A stretch of 64,000 bases of DNA from the human T2T-CHM13v2.0 reference genome, Homo sapiens. Of this stretch, positions 44,516 to 59,682 are shown piece after piece. How positions within the stretch are numbered: position 1 is the stretch's first letter; each line of letters opens with the position of its first letter. The notes under the pieces were generated by a model. It had not been told where the DNA came from, did no database searches, and was given only the letters and a program-made list of their open reading frames with translations. The position numbers and the translations under genes are program-made. The stretch is taken from the NCBI RefSeq assembly GCF_009914755.1, contig NC_060926.1; one strand, written 5' to 3'.

Positions 44516-46671
44516 CCATCTGACATTTTTTATCAGCATCCCTTCAAAAGGCAACATCAGGAAATTGTGAATTAAATAAATTTTGAATCCTGTTTCAGAT
44601 CATGCCAATTCCTTAGCTTTGCAGATTCCAAAATCTGCTTTCAAATTAGATATTTCATTAGCTTTAATGTATCTTCTAACCTGATGCAGACTCTGAGTTG
44701 CATTTTGTAATTTGGGTTCATTCATAATTTACTCTTCAGGAAATTATTATATGAGTATAACAGCTGGAGATGATCGTCCTCCCTCTTCTGTTCTGAGCAT
44801 TGAAGTAATAACAGCAAGTTAGCACAAGTTTCTTTGGCTGCTGACATAATGAGCTACTTAAGTAACATTATGGTTGAAACCACATGAAGGGAAAGACAAG
44901 AAAGAGAACTAATATTTATTGAACACATACTATTCGCCAAGCATTATGTAGGAATTTATTATTACCATTTTTAAGAGAAGAAAACTGAGGTTTGAAGATG
45001 CTAAATAATCTTTTTTGTTTAATATACGCTTATTGGAGATTTACCATGTGTCAGGAACTGTGCTAGGCCCTGGAGATACAAAGGTGACTGCTGTAGTAGT
45101 AAATGGCAGATCCGTGAATCAAACCTAGGTCCACCTGTCCCTGAAGCCTAGGCCATAACTGATATATCTCCCATGGCACATCCCCTAGGTCAGGATCTCC
45201 TCTCCTGATATGAAAGTGAGACCAAGAGCCAGAAAAGAGCCTGTTTCTCCAATGTTTTGGCATCAAGACAATAGATTCTTGAAATTTTTATAATTAGAAC
45301 CACTTCTAAGTACAGTGAAGAAATTTCATAATTCTCAATCTTATGATTTTAGTTTTCCCAAGGTTCCTTTAAACTTTAGAACAAGTATTATTACTCTCAA
45401 TTTACACACGGGGAAGAAAAAAGCTTAATGAGATTAAATTACTTAATAAGGGTCCTGGAATTAAAATAAGAAATGATCATCTGGGCTTGACAGTCTGGGC
45501 AAGATAGTGAGTTAACACATTATTGGCTACCCCCACTCTACTACAACTTAACCTTGGAGATGCTACAGGAGAGGTCAGAAGGTGGAAGGAATACAGAGCC
45601 TTAATTATTTACCGTTAACTGCAAGTAGCCCTTGGGGAGACCAAAAGTAGTTAAGAAGAACAGCCTTGGAAGGAAGAAGGTCAGAAACCAAAGAAAAGGA
45701 AAGAACTCAAGGATGGCTTGCTTTCTTCCACATTATCTTGGGGGCATATTTCTGTCCATCTACTGCTGCCTCAAGGCAGGTCAGTGCCAGTCTGAGGTGG
45801 CCCTACCTAAGGGCAATAATGGAGCTCAGTAGATTATTGGGACTGGGAAACAAAACATCCAAAGTTAGATACATGTTATAGTTCAAAATATCAGGAACCC
45901 AATGGGTAGATTAAATAGCAAGTGAATGAACATAGCTAAAGTAAAAATTAGTAAGCTAGAACATTATATACAAGGGGTCCCCTAACAGGAACTAGAAAGG
46001 GTAAGAGTTGGAAGAAAAAAGGTAAAAATTAAGTAATATAGAAGATAGAAATAGAAGTAACAGACTCCATCAATTATGAGTCACAAAAGGAGAGAAATCA
46101 GTTTCCAGATGAACAGAAGAAAGAATTTTTAAATGTAATGGTGATGAATTTCCCATAATTGAATAAAAAATATATATCCTTTGTACCCTTTGTTCTGTGC
46201 TACTGCCGTATGTGTTCCACAAAAAACAGTCAACTAAGAAAGAAAAAGACGTGTGATTCAGGAAACAGGGATTCCATCATGGGAGAGAGGCCAAGGAAAT
46301 TCTTTAGTTAATGGGGGGAAGAGATCCTGGAATGATTGTCATGTGGCAGACCTAGGGAGCAACCAGTCCATGTTAGAGGAAAAGGTCAGAGGCTCTGAGA
46401 GAAATGCTTTCAAGACAATAAATTCTTAGACTATTTGATATTTAAATGTATTGTGAAGAGACATGCTGGTGACAGAAATTTTAGGGATGAATTGGTATTC
46501 GGTGTCTACAAAACTAAGCAAGTAGAAAAGCAAAAACAATTATGAATGCCAACAAAAACAAAAAATTATACAAGAAAGAAAATATATGCTGATAATACAT
46601 TAAATGCTTGCTTTTGAATAATTTCTGTTATATATACATTGAGCTCCAAAACAGAAAAATGGAAAGCCAAT

Positions 46672-47059
46672 TGCGTGCATTTCTTAGGGCTGCTCTAACA
46701 AAGTACCACACACCAGGTGGCTTAAGAAGAGAAATTTATTGTCTCACAGTTCTGGAGGCTAGAGGTCCAAAAACAAGGCGTTGGCAGGATTGGTTCTTTC
46801 TGAAGACTGTGAGGAAGGATCTGTTCCAGGTCTCTCTCTCCGCTTGTAGATGACCATCTTTATGTTCACATGGTGTTCTCTCTGTCTTCAAGTCTAAATT
46901 TCCCCTTTTTGTAAGAACACCAGTCATACTGGATTAGGGTCCTCACTTTATCTCAATTATCTCTGTAAATATCCTACCACTAAATAAGGTAACATTCTGA
47001 GGTACTGAGGGTTAAGAAGGTAACATGAATTTTGGAGAGACATAATTCAACCCACAACA
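46672..47059 (-). mobile_element. MLT1B/C LTR
   Basis: 'agggctgctctaacaaagtaccaca..tttattgtctcacagttctggaggctag' to 'acataattcaacccacaaca'. Confidence 0.85.
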
Positions 47060-47418
47060 CTGCCCAATTCATTTCATGAGGCCAGTATATCCTTAATATC
47101 AAAATTGAATAACAATTTAATTGAGAAGAGATGTCATCAAGATGGCTGGCTAGAAGCACTCAGCACTCACCTCCTCCAGGAAGAACAATTAGAACAACAA
47201 ACAGGCAATCACATGTTCAATAGAGTGTCTGGGGGAGAACACTGGAATTCAGCAAAAAAGTGATGAAGACCCTTTGAGGCACAGAGACTCAGGATGGCAG
47301 CATAGAGAGGAAAGCAAAGCACCAGCTCAGATTGACTCAGAGCCAAGAGAGACTCACACTGTGAGGGAAAAGGTAAGTGGAAGATCCCTGCCATCCACAT
47401 TTCCACCACAGTTACCTG

Positions 47419-47830
47419 TGTCAGGCCTCTGAGCCCAAGCTAAGCCATCATATCCACTGTGACCTGCACATACACATCCAGATGGCCAGTTCCTGCCTTA
47501 ACTGATGACATTCCACCACAAAAGAAGTGAAAATGGCCTGTTCCTGCCTTAACTGATGACACTGTCTTGTGAAATTCCTTCTCTGGCTCATCCTGGCTCA
47601 AAAGCTCCCCTACTGAGCACCCTGTGACCCCCACTCTGCCCGCCAGAGAACAACCCCCCGTTGACTGTAATTTTCCTTTATCTACCCAAATCTTATAAAA
47701 CGGCCCCACCCCTATCTCCCTTCACTGACTCTCTTTTCGGACTCAGCCCACCTGCACCCAGGTGAAATAAACAACCATGTTGCTCACACAAAGCCTGTTT
47801 GGTGGTCTCTTCACACGGACGCGCATGAAA
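47419..47830 (+). promoter_or_regulatory. 5' LTR7
   Basis: tgtcaggcctctgagcccaag...gcgcatgaaa; TATA-like ttataaaa; aataaa. Confidence 0.95.
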
Positions 47831-47832
47831 TT

Positions 47833-47850
47833 TGGTGCTGTGACTCAGAT
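47833..47850 (+). other. Primer binding site, tRNA-His
   Basis: tggtgctgtgactcagat versus TGGTGCCGTGACTCGGAT (two CpG transitions). Confidence 0.9.
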
Positions 47851-49718
47851 CAGGGGACCTCCCTTGGGAGATCAATCCCCTGTCCTCCTGCTCTTTGCCG
47901 TGTGAAAAAGATCCACCTACGACCTCAGGTCCTCAGACCCACCAGCCCAAGGAACATCTCACCAATTTTAAATCGGGTAAACGGCCTCTTCTTACTCTCT
48001 TCTCCAACCTCTCTCACTATCCCTCAACCACTTTCTCCTTTCCACTCTTCAATCTCTCCCTTCTCTTAATTTCAATTCTTTTCATTTTCTGGTAGAGACA
48101 AATGAGACACATTTTATCCATGGACCCAAAACTCCGGCGCCGGTCACAGACTGGGAAGGCAGCCTTCCCTTGGTGTTTAGTCATTGCAGGGACACCTCTC
48201 TGATTATTCACCCACGTTTCAGAGGTGTCAGACCATGCAGGGACACCTGCCTTGGTCCTTCACCCTTAGCGGCAAGTCCTGCTTTTCTGGGGGAGGGGCA
48301 AGTACCCCAATCCCTTCTCTCCGTGTCTCTACCCCTTCTCTGCTTTTCTGGGGGAGAGGCAAGAACCCCTCAACCCCTTCTCCTTCACCCTTAGTGGCAA
48401 GTCCCACTTTTCTGGGGGAGGGGCAGGTACCCCAACCTCGTATGTCTGTGCCCCATCCCTTATTTCTGTGCTCCGACCTCTTATATCTCTGTGCCCCGAT
48501 CCCTTACTTCTGCACCCCAACCTCTTATATCTCTGCACCCTGACCCCTTATCTCCATGCCCCGATCTCATATCTCTGTGCCCCAACCCCTTTCCCACTTT
48601 TCTGGAGGGTAAGAACCCCCGAACTGCTTCCCTCCGTGTCTCTACTCTCCCTTTTCTTTAAACTTGCCTCCTTCACTATAGGCAACCTTCCACCCTCCAT
48701 TCCTCTTTCTTCTCCCTTAGCCTCTGTTCTTAAGAACATAAAACCTCTTCAACTCTCACCTGACCTAAAACCTAAATGCCTTATTTTCTTCTACAATGCC
48801 GTTTGACCCCAATACAAACTAGACAGTGGTTCTAAATGGCCAGAAAACGGCACTTCCAATTTCTCCATCCTACAAGACCTAAATAATTTTTGTTGAAAAA
48901 TAGGCAAATGGTCTGAGGTGCCTGATGTCCAGGCACTCTTTTACACATCAGTCCCTCCCTAGTCTCTGTTCCCAATGCAACTAGTCAAAAATCTTCCTTC
49001 TTTCCCTCCTACCTGTCCCCTCAGTCCCAACCCCAAGCGTCACTGAGTCTTTCTAATCTTCCTTTTCTACAGACCCATTTGACCTCTCCCCTCCTTGCCA
49101 GGCCAAGCTAGGTCCCAATTCTTCCTCAGCCTCCGCTCCTCCACCCTATAATCTTTTTATCACCTCCCCTCCTCACACCCGGTCCGGTTTACAGTTTCAT
49201 TCCATGAGTAGCCCTCCCCCACCTGCCCAGCAATTTCCTCTTAAAAAGGTAGCTGAAGCTAAAGGCATAGTCAAGGTTAATGCTCCTTTTTCTTTATCAG
49301 ACCTCTCCCAAATCAGTGAGCGTTTAGGCTCTTTCATCAAATATGAAAAACCCAGCCCAGTTCATGGCTCATTCAGCAGCAACCCTGAGACGCTTTACAG
49401 CCCTAGACCCTAAAAGGTCAAAAGGCCGTCTTATTCTCAATATACGTTTTATTACCCAATCTGCTCCCAACATTAAATAAAACTCCAAAAATTAAATTCC
49501 GGCCCTCAAACCCCACATCAGGACTTAATTAACCTCACCTTCAAGGTGTACAATAATAGAGCAGAGGCAGCCAAGTAGCAACATATTTCTGAGTTGCAAT
49601 TCTTTGCCTCCACTGTGAGACAAACCCCAGCCACATCTCCAGCACACAAGAACTCCAAACGCCTGAACCGCAGCTGCCAGGGGTTCCTCCAGAACCTCCT
49701 CCCCCAGGAGGAGGCACT

Positions 49719-49826
49719 TGCTACAAGTGCCGGAAATCTGGCCACTGGGCCGAGGAATGCCCGCAGCCCGGGATTCCTCCTAAGCCATGTCCCATCTGTG
49801 TGGGACCCCACTGGAAATCAGACTGT
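49719..49826 (+). pseudogene. gag: HERV-H gag nucleocapsid zinc knuckles (remnant)
   Basis: Translates to CYKCRKSGHWAEEC...CPICVGPHWKSDC. Confidence 0.85.
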
Positions 49827-49989
49827 TCAACTCACCTGGCAGCCACTCCCAGAGTCCCTGGATCTCTGGCCGAAGGCTCTCTGACTGACTCCTTCCCAGA
49901 TCTTCTCGGCTTAGCAGCTGAAGACTGACACTGCCCGATCGCCTTGGAAGCCTACAGGACCACCACAGACACTCTAAGTAACTCTCACA

Positions 49990-52440
49990 GTGGATGGTAA
50001 GTCCATCCCCTTCTTAATCAATATGGAGGCTACTCACTCCACATTACCTTATTTTCAAGGGCCTGTTTCCCTTGCTTCCATAACTGCTGTGCATATTGAC
50101 GGCCAGGCTTCTAAACCTCTTAAAACTTCCCAACTCTGGTGTCAACTTAGACAATACTCTTTTAAGCACTCCTTTTTAGTTATCCCCACCTGCCTAGTTC
50201 CCTTATTAGGCCGAGACACTTTAACTAAATTATCTGCTTCCCTGACTATTCCTGGGCTACAGCCACACCTCATTGCCGCCTTTTCCCCCAGTTCAAAGCC
50301 TCCTTCACATCCTCCCCTTGTATCTCCCCACCTTAACCCACAAGTATAAGACACCTCTACTCCCTCCTTAGCTATCGATCATGCACCACTTACCATCCCA
50401 TTAAAACCTAATCACTCTTACCCCGCTCAGTGCCAATATCCCATCCCACAGCACGCTTTGAAAGGATTAAAGCCTGTTATCACTCGCCTGTTACAGCATG
50501 GCGTTTTAAAGCCTATAAACTCCCCTTACCATTCCCCCATTTTACCTGTCCTAAAACCAGACAAGGCTTACAGGTTAATTCAGGATCTGCGCCTTATCAA
50601 CCAAATTGTTTTGCCTATCCACCCTGTAGTGCCCAACCCGTACACTCTTTTGTCCTCAATACCTTCCTCCACAACTAACTGTTCCGTTCTTGATCTTAAA
50701 GATGCTTTTTTCACTATTGCCCTGCACCCCTCGTCCCAACCTCTCTTTGCTTCCACTTGGACTAACCCTGACACCCATCAGTCCCAGCAGCTTACCTGGG
50801 CTGTGCTGCTGCAAGGTTTCAGGGACAGCCCTCATTACTTCAGCCAAGCTCTTTCTCATGATTTAGTTTCTTTCCACCCCTCTGCTTCTCACCTTATTCA
50901 ATATACTGATGACCTTCTTCTTTGTAGCCCCTCCTTTGAATCTTCTCAACAAGACACACTTCTGCTCCTTCAGCATTTACTCTCCAAAGGATTTCAGGTA
51001 TCCCCCTCCAAAGCTTAAATTTCTTCTCCATTCGTTACCTACCTCGGCATAATTCTTCATAAAAACACACTTGCTCTCCCTGCTGATCGTGTCTGACTAA
51101 TCTCTCAAACCCCAACCCCTTCTACAAAACAACAACTCCTTTCCTTCCTAGGCATGGTTCCTAGCCTTTGGATACCTGGTTTTCCATCCTAACAAAACCA
51201 TTATATAAACTCACAAAAGGAAACCTAGCTGACCCCATAGATCCTAAATCCTTTCCCCACTCCTCTTTCCGTTCCTTGAAGACAGCTTTAGAGACTGCCC
51301 CCACTCTAGCTCTCCCTGACTAATCCCAACCCTTTTCATTACACACAGCTGAAGTGCAGGGCTGTGCAGTCAGAATTCTTACACAAGGACCAGGATCCCG
51401 TCCTGTAGCCTTTTTGTCCAAACAACTTGACCTTACTGTTTTAAGCTGGCAATTATGTCTCCATGCAGTGGCTGCTGCCGCCATAATACTTTTAGAGGCC
51501 CTTAAAATCACAAACTATGCCCAACTCACTCTCTACAGCTCTCGTAATTTCCAAAATCTATTTTCTTCCTCACACCTGACGCATATACTTTCTGCTCCCC
51601 GGCTCCTTCAGCTGTACTCACTCTTTGTTAAGTTTCCCACAATTACCATCGTTCCTGGCCCGGACTTCAATCCAGCCTCCCACATTATTCCTGATACCAC
51701 ACCTGACCCTCATGACTGCATCTCTCTGATCCACCTGACATTCACCCCATTTCCCCACATTTCCTTCTTTCCTGTTTCTCACCCTGATCACACTTGGTTT
51801 ATTGATGGCAGTTCCACCAGGCCTAATCACCACACACGAGCAAAGGCAGACTATGCTATAGTACAAACCACTAGCCCGCCTCTTAAAACTTCTCATTTCC
51901 TTTCCATCGTAGAAATCTGTCCTCAAGGAAATAACTTCTCAGTGTTCCATCTGCTATTCTACTACTTCTCAAGGATTATTCAGGCCCCCTCCCTTCCCTA
52001 CACATCAAGCTTGAGGATTTGCCCCCACCCAGGACTGGCAAATTAGCTTTAATCAACATGCCCTGAGTCAGATAACTAAAATACCTCTTAGTCTAGGTAG
52101 ACACTTTCACTAGATAAGTAGAGGCCTTTCCTACAGTGTCTGAGAAGTCCACCGCAGTCATTTCTTCCCTTCTGTCAGACATAATTCCTCAGTTTAGCCT
52201 TCCCACCTCTATACAGTCTAATAACAGACCAGCCTTTATTAGTCAAATCAGCCAAGCATTTTTTCAGGCTCTTAGTATTCAGTGACAGACTAATGATCTA
52301 TTAAAAACACACCTCACCAAGCTCAGCCACCAACTTAAAAAGGACTGGACAATACTTTTACCACTTTCCCTTCTCAGAATTCAGGCCTGTCCTTGGAATG
52401 CTACAGGGTACAGCCCATTTAAGCTCCTGTATAGATGCTC
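49990..52440 (+). pseudogene. pol: HERV-H pro-pol remnant (protease, RT, partial RNase H and integrase)
   Basis: LINMEATHS, LLGRD, YRLIQDLR, LDLKDAFF, QGFRDSP, YTDD, PVAFLSKQLD, WFIDGSS; stops, frameshifts and deletions. Confidence 0.9.
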
Positions 52441-53072
52441 CTTTTTATTAGGCCCCAGTCTCATTCCAGACACCAGACCAACTTAGGCTGTGCCCCAAAA
52501 AACTTGTCATCCCTACTATCTTCTGTCTAGTCATATTCCTATTCACTGTTCTCAACTACTCATACATGCCCTGCTCTTGTTTACACTGCCAGTTTACACT
52601 GTTACTCCAAGTCATCACAGCTGATATCTCCTGGTGCTATCCCCAAACTGCCACTCTTAACTCTTAAAGTAAATAAATAATCTTTACTGGCAAGGCTATG
52701 CTGAACCTCCTTAGGCACTCTCTAATTAGGTGTTCTAGGTCCTCCCAATTCTTAGTCCTTTAATACCTGTTTTTCTCCTTCTCTTATTCCATTTAGTTTT
52801 TCAATTCATACAAAACCGTATCCAGGCCATCACCAATAATTCTAAATGACAAATGTTTCTTCTAACGACCCCACAATATCACCCCTTACCACAAAATCTT
52901 CCTTCAGCTTAATCTCTCCCACTCTAGGTTCCCACACCACCCCTAATCCCACTCGAAGCAGCCCTGAGAAACATCGCCCATTATCTCTCCATACCACCCC
53001 CAAAAATTTTCACCTTCCCAACGCTTTACCACTATTTCGTTTTTTTTTCTTATTAATATAAGAAGACAGGAA

Positions 53073-53486
53073 TGTCAGGCCTCTGAGCCCAAGCTAAGCC
53101 ATCATATCCCCTGTGACCTGCATGTACACATCCAGATGGCTGGTTCCTGCCTTAACTGATGACATTCCACCACAAAAGAAGTGAAAATGTCCTGTTCCTG
53201 CCTTAACTGATGACATTGTCTTGTGAAATTCCTTCTCCTGGCTCATCCTGGCTCAAAAGCTCCCCTACTGAGCACCTTGTGACCCCCCACTCTGCCCACC
53301 AGAGAACAACCCCCCTTTGACTGTAATTTTCCTTTATCTACCCAAATCTTATAAAATGGCCCCACCCCTATCTCCCTTCACTGACTCTTTTTTCGGACTC
53401 AGCCTGCCTGCACCCAGGTGAAATAAACAGCCATGTTGCTCACACAAAGCCTGTTTGGTGGTCTCTTCACACGGACGCGCATGAAA
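53073..53486 (+). promoter_or_regulatory. 3' LTR7
   Basis: About 15 substitutions and 2 indels relative to the 5' LTR by manual count. Confidence 0.95.
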
Positions 53487-56142
53487 ACCTGCAATCCAAG
53501 CTGAAAGAGAGAACCACAGCCCTTGCAGTCCTTGAGACTTGTATGGAAAGCTGTCTTGGGTTCCCACAATTGCATTATTCCAAAGAGGGATTTTATAATA
53601 GGTTCTCCTCAAAATGGCAGCACATTATCATTTTAAGAGTGAAGCCAACATAAGAGTGCATCATGTCCTAGGGTCCAATAGGTCCTGTATCTCCACATCC
53701 TGGGACCCCACCAACATCCCACTACATTCATCCAAAGGGCTACCGTGTCACAATCCTAGCTCGATCCAGCAGTGCAGCCATGACTCTGGCACTTCCCACA
53801 TTGCATACTACATACAATACTACAGTGAGGATGCTGCCTCTAGGACAGAGGAAGCCAATGCATGTGCTCCCCAGAACTCAAGTCCTGCTTACCTGGGGCC
53901 TGACACCACCACTGCCTGTGACCCTGCACCACAGTGGTGGAGCTAGTGCTCCCTCCAGGGACCCAAGGACTCGCAAGAACAGGGCCTGCTGCCACTGCTG
54001 GCATTCCTGCCTCCTCCAAAGCATACCTGTCATGGGTCTTCATGTGCCCCCTAGGGACTTGAGGACTGGCCTGTCTGGGACCTACTGCTGCTGCTAACAA
54101 TCTTATCCCCTTCAGCAGCAGAACCACTGAGCATCCACATGTGTCCTCCAGGGGCCTGAGGAGTGGCCCTCTCCAATGGCAGAGTTGCTGTGCACCTGAG
54201 TGTGGCCCCCTGGGGCCAAAGGACCAACCCATTTGGCATCCCCTTCTCCAGCAAAGCCATGCCACAGCGTCTACCACAGCCTAGGCCACTGAGGTACTCA
54301 CAGACATGCTGACATTGATTAAAACAAAAGAAATCCTGTGGAGACTACACTACTGTGCCATCCACAACGAAAGGCAAAGTACACTATCCAACCAACACTA
54401 CAGGATACAATACACCCACAGGAAAAAGTCTTTTTCTATGAAAGCTACTCCATAAAATTGGAAGAAATGGCTGTTCGACAAGATGTGCAGATATCCATGT
54501 AGAGATATAAGAAATATGAAAAAGCAAGGAAACATGACACCTTCAAAGGAAAACAATAATTCTCCAGTAACAGTCCCCAAAGACAAGAAAATCTCCAAAA
54601 TGTCTGAAAAAAAATTTACAATAAAAATATTAGGAAAACTCAGTGAAATGTGAGAGAACACAGAAAGGAAATTCAATGAAATCAGAAAAACAATTCATCA
54701 TCTGAATTAGAAATTCAACAAAAAGATAGGAGATAGATATCATAAAATAGAACCAAACAGAAATCTTGGAGCTGAAGAATTTAATGAGTGAAATAAAAAA
54801 TAAAATGAAAAGCTTTAATAATAGACTAGATCAAGCAGAAGAATGAATTTCTGAACTTGAAAACAGGTCTTTTGCAATACCTGGTCAGACAAAAAAAAAA
54901 AAAAAAGAAAAAAGGAATAAAAAAGAATAAAGAAAGTAAGAAAGTCTACAGGACACATGGAGCATCACTAAGTTTCAAAAGGACAGAAAGATGGGAAATA
55001 GCATAGAAAACCTGTTTAATGAACTAATAGCTGAAAACTTTCCAAGTGTTGGGATATGGACATCCAGATACAAAAAGCTCAAAGATCCCTAAATAAATTC
55101 AATTCAAAAAGTCCTCTCAGAGGCACATTATAATCAAACTGTCAAAGGTCAAAGATAAAGAGACATTTCTACAAACAGCAAGAGAAAAAGCGTCAAGTCA
55201 CATAGAAGGGAAACTTCATCATACTAATAGCAGATTTCCCTGATAGTCCAGAAGAGAATGAGTTTTATATATTCAAAGTGCTGAAAGAAAAATGTGGCTA
55301 GTCAAGAATTCTATGCCCAGCAAACCTATCCTTCAGAGATGAAGGACAAATAAAGTCTTTCCAAACAAGCAAAAAGTGAAGGAATTAATCACCACTAGAC
55401 TGGCCCTACAAGTAATGCTTGAGGAAGTTCTACAGCTGGACATGAAAGGATGATATCTACCATCATGATAACATGTGAAAATATAAATCCCACAGGTAGA
55501 AGAGATATTCAAATGGGAAATAGAGAGCAATCAAATGTTATTACTAAAGAAAACTACCAAACTGAAAAGATGAACAAGAGAGGAAGAAAGGGACAAAGGC
55601 TAGAAAACAACAAATTGACAAGAATTAAGTCCCCACTTATCAATAACAACTTGAATGTAAATGATTTAAATTCCCAAATTAAAAGATACAGACTGGCTGA
55701 CTGGATTTTTTTTTTAAAAGACCCAACTATTTGCTGCCTAAAAGAGATTCACCTCACCTGTAAAGAACACACACAAACTGAAAGCGAAGGGATGGAAAAG
55801 ATAGTACACACAAATGGAAACTAAAAGTGAGCAAAAGTAGCCATACTTTTATCAGATAAAATAGACTTGAAATTATAAAACCCCCAAAGAGACCAAGAAA
55901 ATCATTACATAATGACAAAGGAATCAACTCAGGAAGAGAATATAACAATTATAAATATATATGCATCCAACACCAGCACACACAGATACATAAAACAAAT
56001 ATTATTAGAGCTAAAGGGAGAGATAGACCTTAAAAAAAATAAGGTGGAATTTCAACTCTCAGCATTTCACTGTCAGCATTGGACAGATCGTCTACACAGA
56101 AAATCAACAAAGAAACTTTGGACTTAAACAGCACTATAGTCC

Positions 56143-56452
<310 letters not shown>

Positions 56453-57947
56453 CTATAGTCCAAGTGGACCTAACAGGCTTTTACAAAATATTTTATACAA
56501 TAGTTTCAGAATGCACATTCTTCTCACTGGTACATGAAACACTAAGATAGACCATATGTTAGGCCATAAAATCAGTCTCAACAAATTTTTAGAAATTGAA
56601 ATCATATCATGCATCTTTTCAGGTCACAATGGAATGAAACCAGAAGTGAATAACAGAAGGAACTTTGGAAACTGTACCACCAGATGTAAATTAAACAACC
56701 TACTCCTGAACAGCCAATGAAGAAATTAAAGGTCAATGAAGAAATTAAAGATACTACAAAATGTATTGAAACAAGTGAAAATAGAAATACAACATACCAA
56801 AACCTATGAAATACAGCAAAAGCAGTACTGAGAGGGAAGTTTATAAAAATAAATGTTTACATCAAAAAAGTAAGACAATTTCAAATTAGCAACCTAATGA
56901 TGCACCTCAAGGAATTAAAAAAGCAAGAGCAAATAGAACCCCAAATTAGTATGAGGAAAGAAATAGTAGAGATCAGAAAAGAACTAAATGAAATAGAGAA
57001 TGAAAAAGTAATACAAAAGATCAATAAAATGACAATTTTTTAAGATAAAATCAACAAACCATTAGCTAGACTAAGACATAAAAAAGAAATCCCAGATAAA
57101 TAAAATCAGAAACAAAAAAGGAGATATTAAAACTGATAACACAGAAATACAAAGGATCATTACAGACTTTTATAAACAACTATACACCAACAAATTGGAA
57201 AAGCTAGAGGAAATTGATCAATTACTAGACATATAAAACCTATCAAGATTGAACCTGGAAGAAATAGAAAACCTGAACAGAGGAACAATGGATAACAAGA
57301 TTGAATCAGTAATAAAAAGCCTCTCAACACACATACAAAAAAGGCAGGACCAGCTGGCTTCACTGTTGAATTCTACCAAACTTACCAAAACAACAACAAT
57401 GACAAAAACAAACAACAACAAAATCACTAACATAAATTCGTCTCATATTATTCCAAAAAAATCGAAGAGAAGCAAATTCTTTGAAACTCATCTTACAAGG
57501 CTAGTACTACCCTGATAACAAACAAGGCAAGGACACAACAACGATAAAAAAAAACTACAGACCAATATCCCAGATGAACATAGATGCAAAAATTCTTAAC
57601 ATAATACTACCAAACCAAATCCTACAGTACATCATAAATATACAACATGATCAAGTGTTGTTTATCCCAGGAATGCAAGAATTGTTCAACATATGTACAT
57701 CATCAATAAACATGATATATCAAATTAATATTAATAGAATGAAGGATAAAAGCCATATGATTACCTCAATAGATGCAGAAAAAGCATTCGATAAAATTCA
57801 ATATCTCTTCCTGATAAAAACTCTCAATAAATTAGTTGTAAAAGTAGTGTGCCTCAACACAATAAAAGCAATATATGACAAATCCACAGCTAACACCATA
57901 CTGAATGGAGAAAAGCTGAAAGCTTTGCCTTTAGGAATTGGAACAAG

Positions 57948-58234
57948 GGCTGGGTATAGTGGCTTATGCCTGTAATCCTAGCACTTTGGGAGGTCGTGGT
58001 GGGAGGATCACTTGAGATCAGGAGTTTGAGACCAGCCTGAGCAACACAGTGAGATGTTGTCTCTACAAAAAATTTAAAAAATTGTCAGGACATGGTGGCA
58101 CATACCTGTAGTCCCAGCTGCTCAGGTGGATGAGGCAGGAGGATTGCTCGAGCCCCGGAGGTCAAGGCTGCAGTGAACCATGCTCATGCCACTGTGCTCC
58201 AGCCTAGGTGACAGAGCAAGACCCCGTCTCAAAA

Positions 58235-58265
<31 letters not shown>

Positions 58266-58294
58266 CACACACACAAAAGCAAAAAAAAAAAAAA
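57948..58294 (+). mobile_element. AluJ with A/(CA)n/A compound tail
   Basis: 'gggaggatcacttgag', 'ggaggattgctcgagcc', 'gtcaaggctgcagtga'. Confidence 0.9.
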
Positions 58295-58729
58295 CTTACA
58301 ATAAGACAAGGATGCCCACTTTCACCACTCTTACTCAACATGGTACCAGGAGTCCTAGCCTGAGCAATCAGGCAAGAGAAAATAATAACCAATTTGGAAA
58401 ATAGGGAGTCAAATTATCCTTTTCTGCAGATCAAATGATATAGTGAAACCTAAAGGCTCCGCCAAAAACCCCTTAGAACTGATATATGAATTCAATAAAG
58501 TTTCAGGATACAGAATCAACATACAAAAATCACTATCATTTCTAAGCACCAATAACAAGCTAGCTAAGAAAAAAAATCAAGAAAATGATTCCATTTAAAA
58601 TAGCTACAAAAAAACCCATATAGGAATACATTTAACTAAGCAGGTGAAAGAGTTCTACAATGAAAACTACAAAACACTGATGAAAGAAATGGAAAGGGCC
58701 ACGCAAAAAATGGAAAGAAAAAAAACCTA

Positions 58730-59052
<323 letters not shown>

Positions 59053-59366
59053 GGAATTAATATTGTTAAAATGACCATACTACCAAAAGCAATCTACAGA
59101 TTAAATGCAATCCTTATCAAAATACCAATGGCATTCTTTACCAAAATAGAAAAAACAATCCCAAAATGTGTACAAAAGATCCCAAGTAGATAATTCTAAA
59201 CAAAAAGAACAAACTTGGAGGTATCATACCACCTGACTTCAAAATATATTACAAACCTACTGTAATTAAAACAAGATGGTACTGGTATAAAAATAGACAC
59301 ATGGACCAATGGAACAGAATAGAACACAAAGAAATAAATTCATTTATTTATAGACAACTGATTTTC

Positions 59367-59682
<316 letters not shown>

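Larger units (their letters stand above)
47419..53486 (+). mobile_element. HERV-H provirus (common pol/env-deleted form), 6068 bp
   Basis: Two LTR7, perfect 5-bp TSD ACCTG (47414-47418, 53487-53491), tRNA-His PBS, PPT aagaagacaggaa, gag/pro/pol remnants. Confidence 0.97.

Noticed and set aside
48260-48620. Tandem degenerate repeats (cttatatctctg.., ttttctggggga..) as a novel or CRISPR-like array
   Set aside because: These are standard leader-region repeats of HERV-H, with no constant-repeat/unique-spacer structure.
50458-52046. 186-aa and 230-aa pol ORFs as functional proteins
   Set aside because: They are fragments bounded by stops and frameshifts, with non-ATG starts, a YTDD variant and deleted RNase H/integrase segments.
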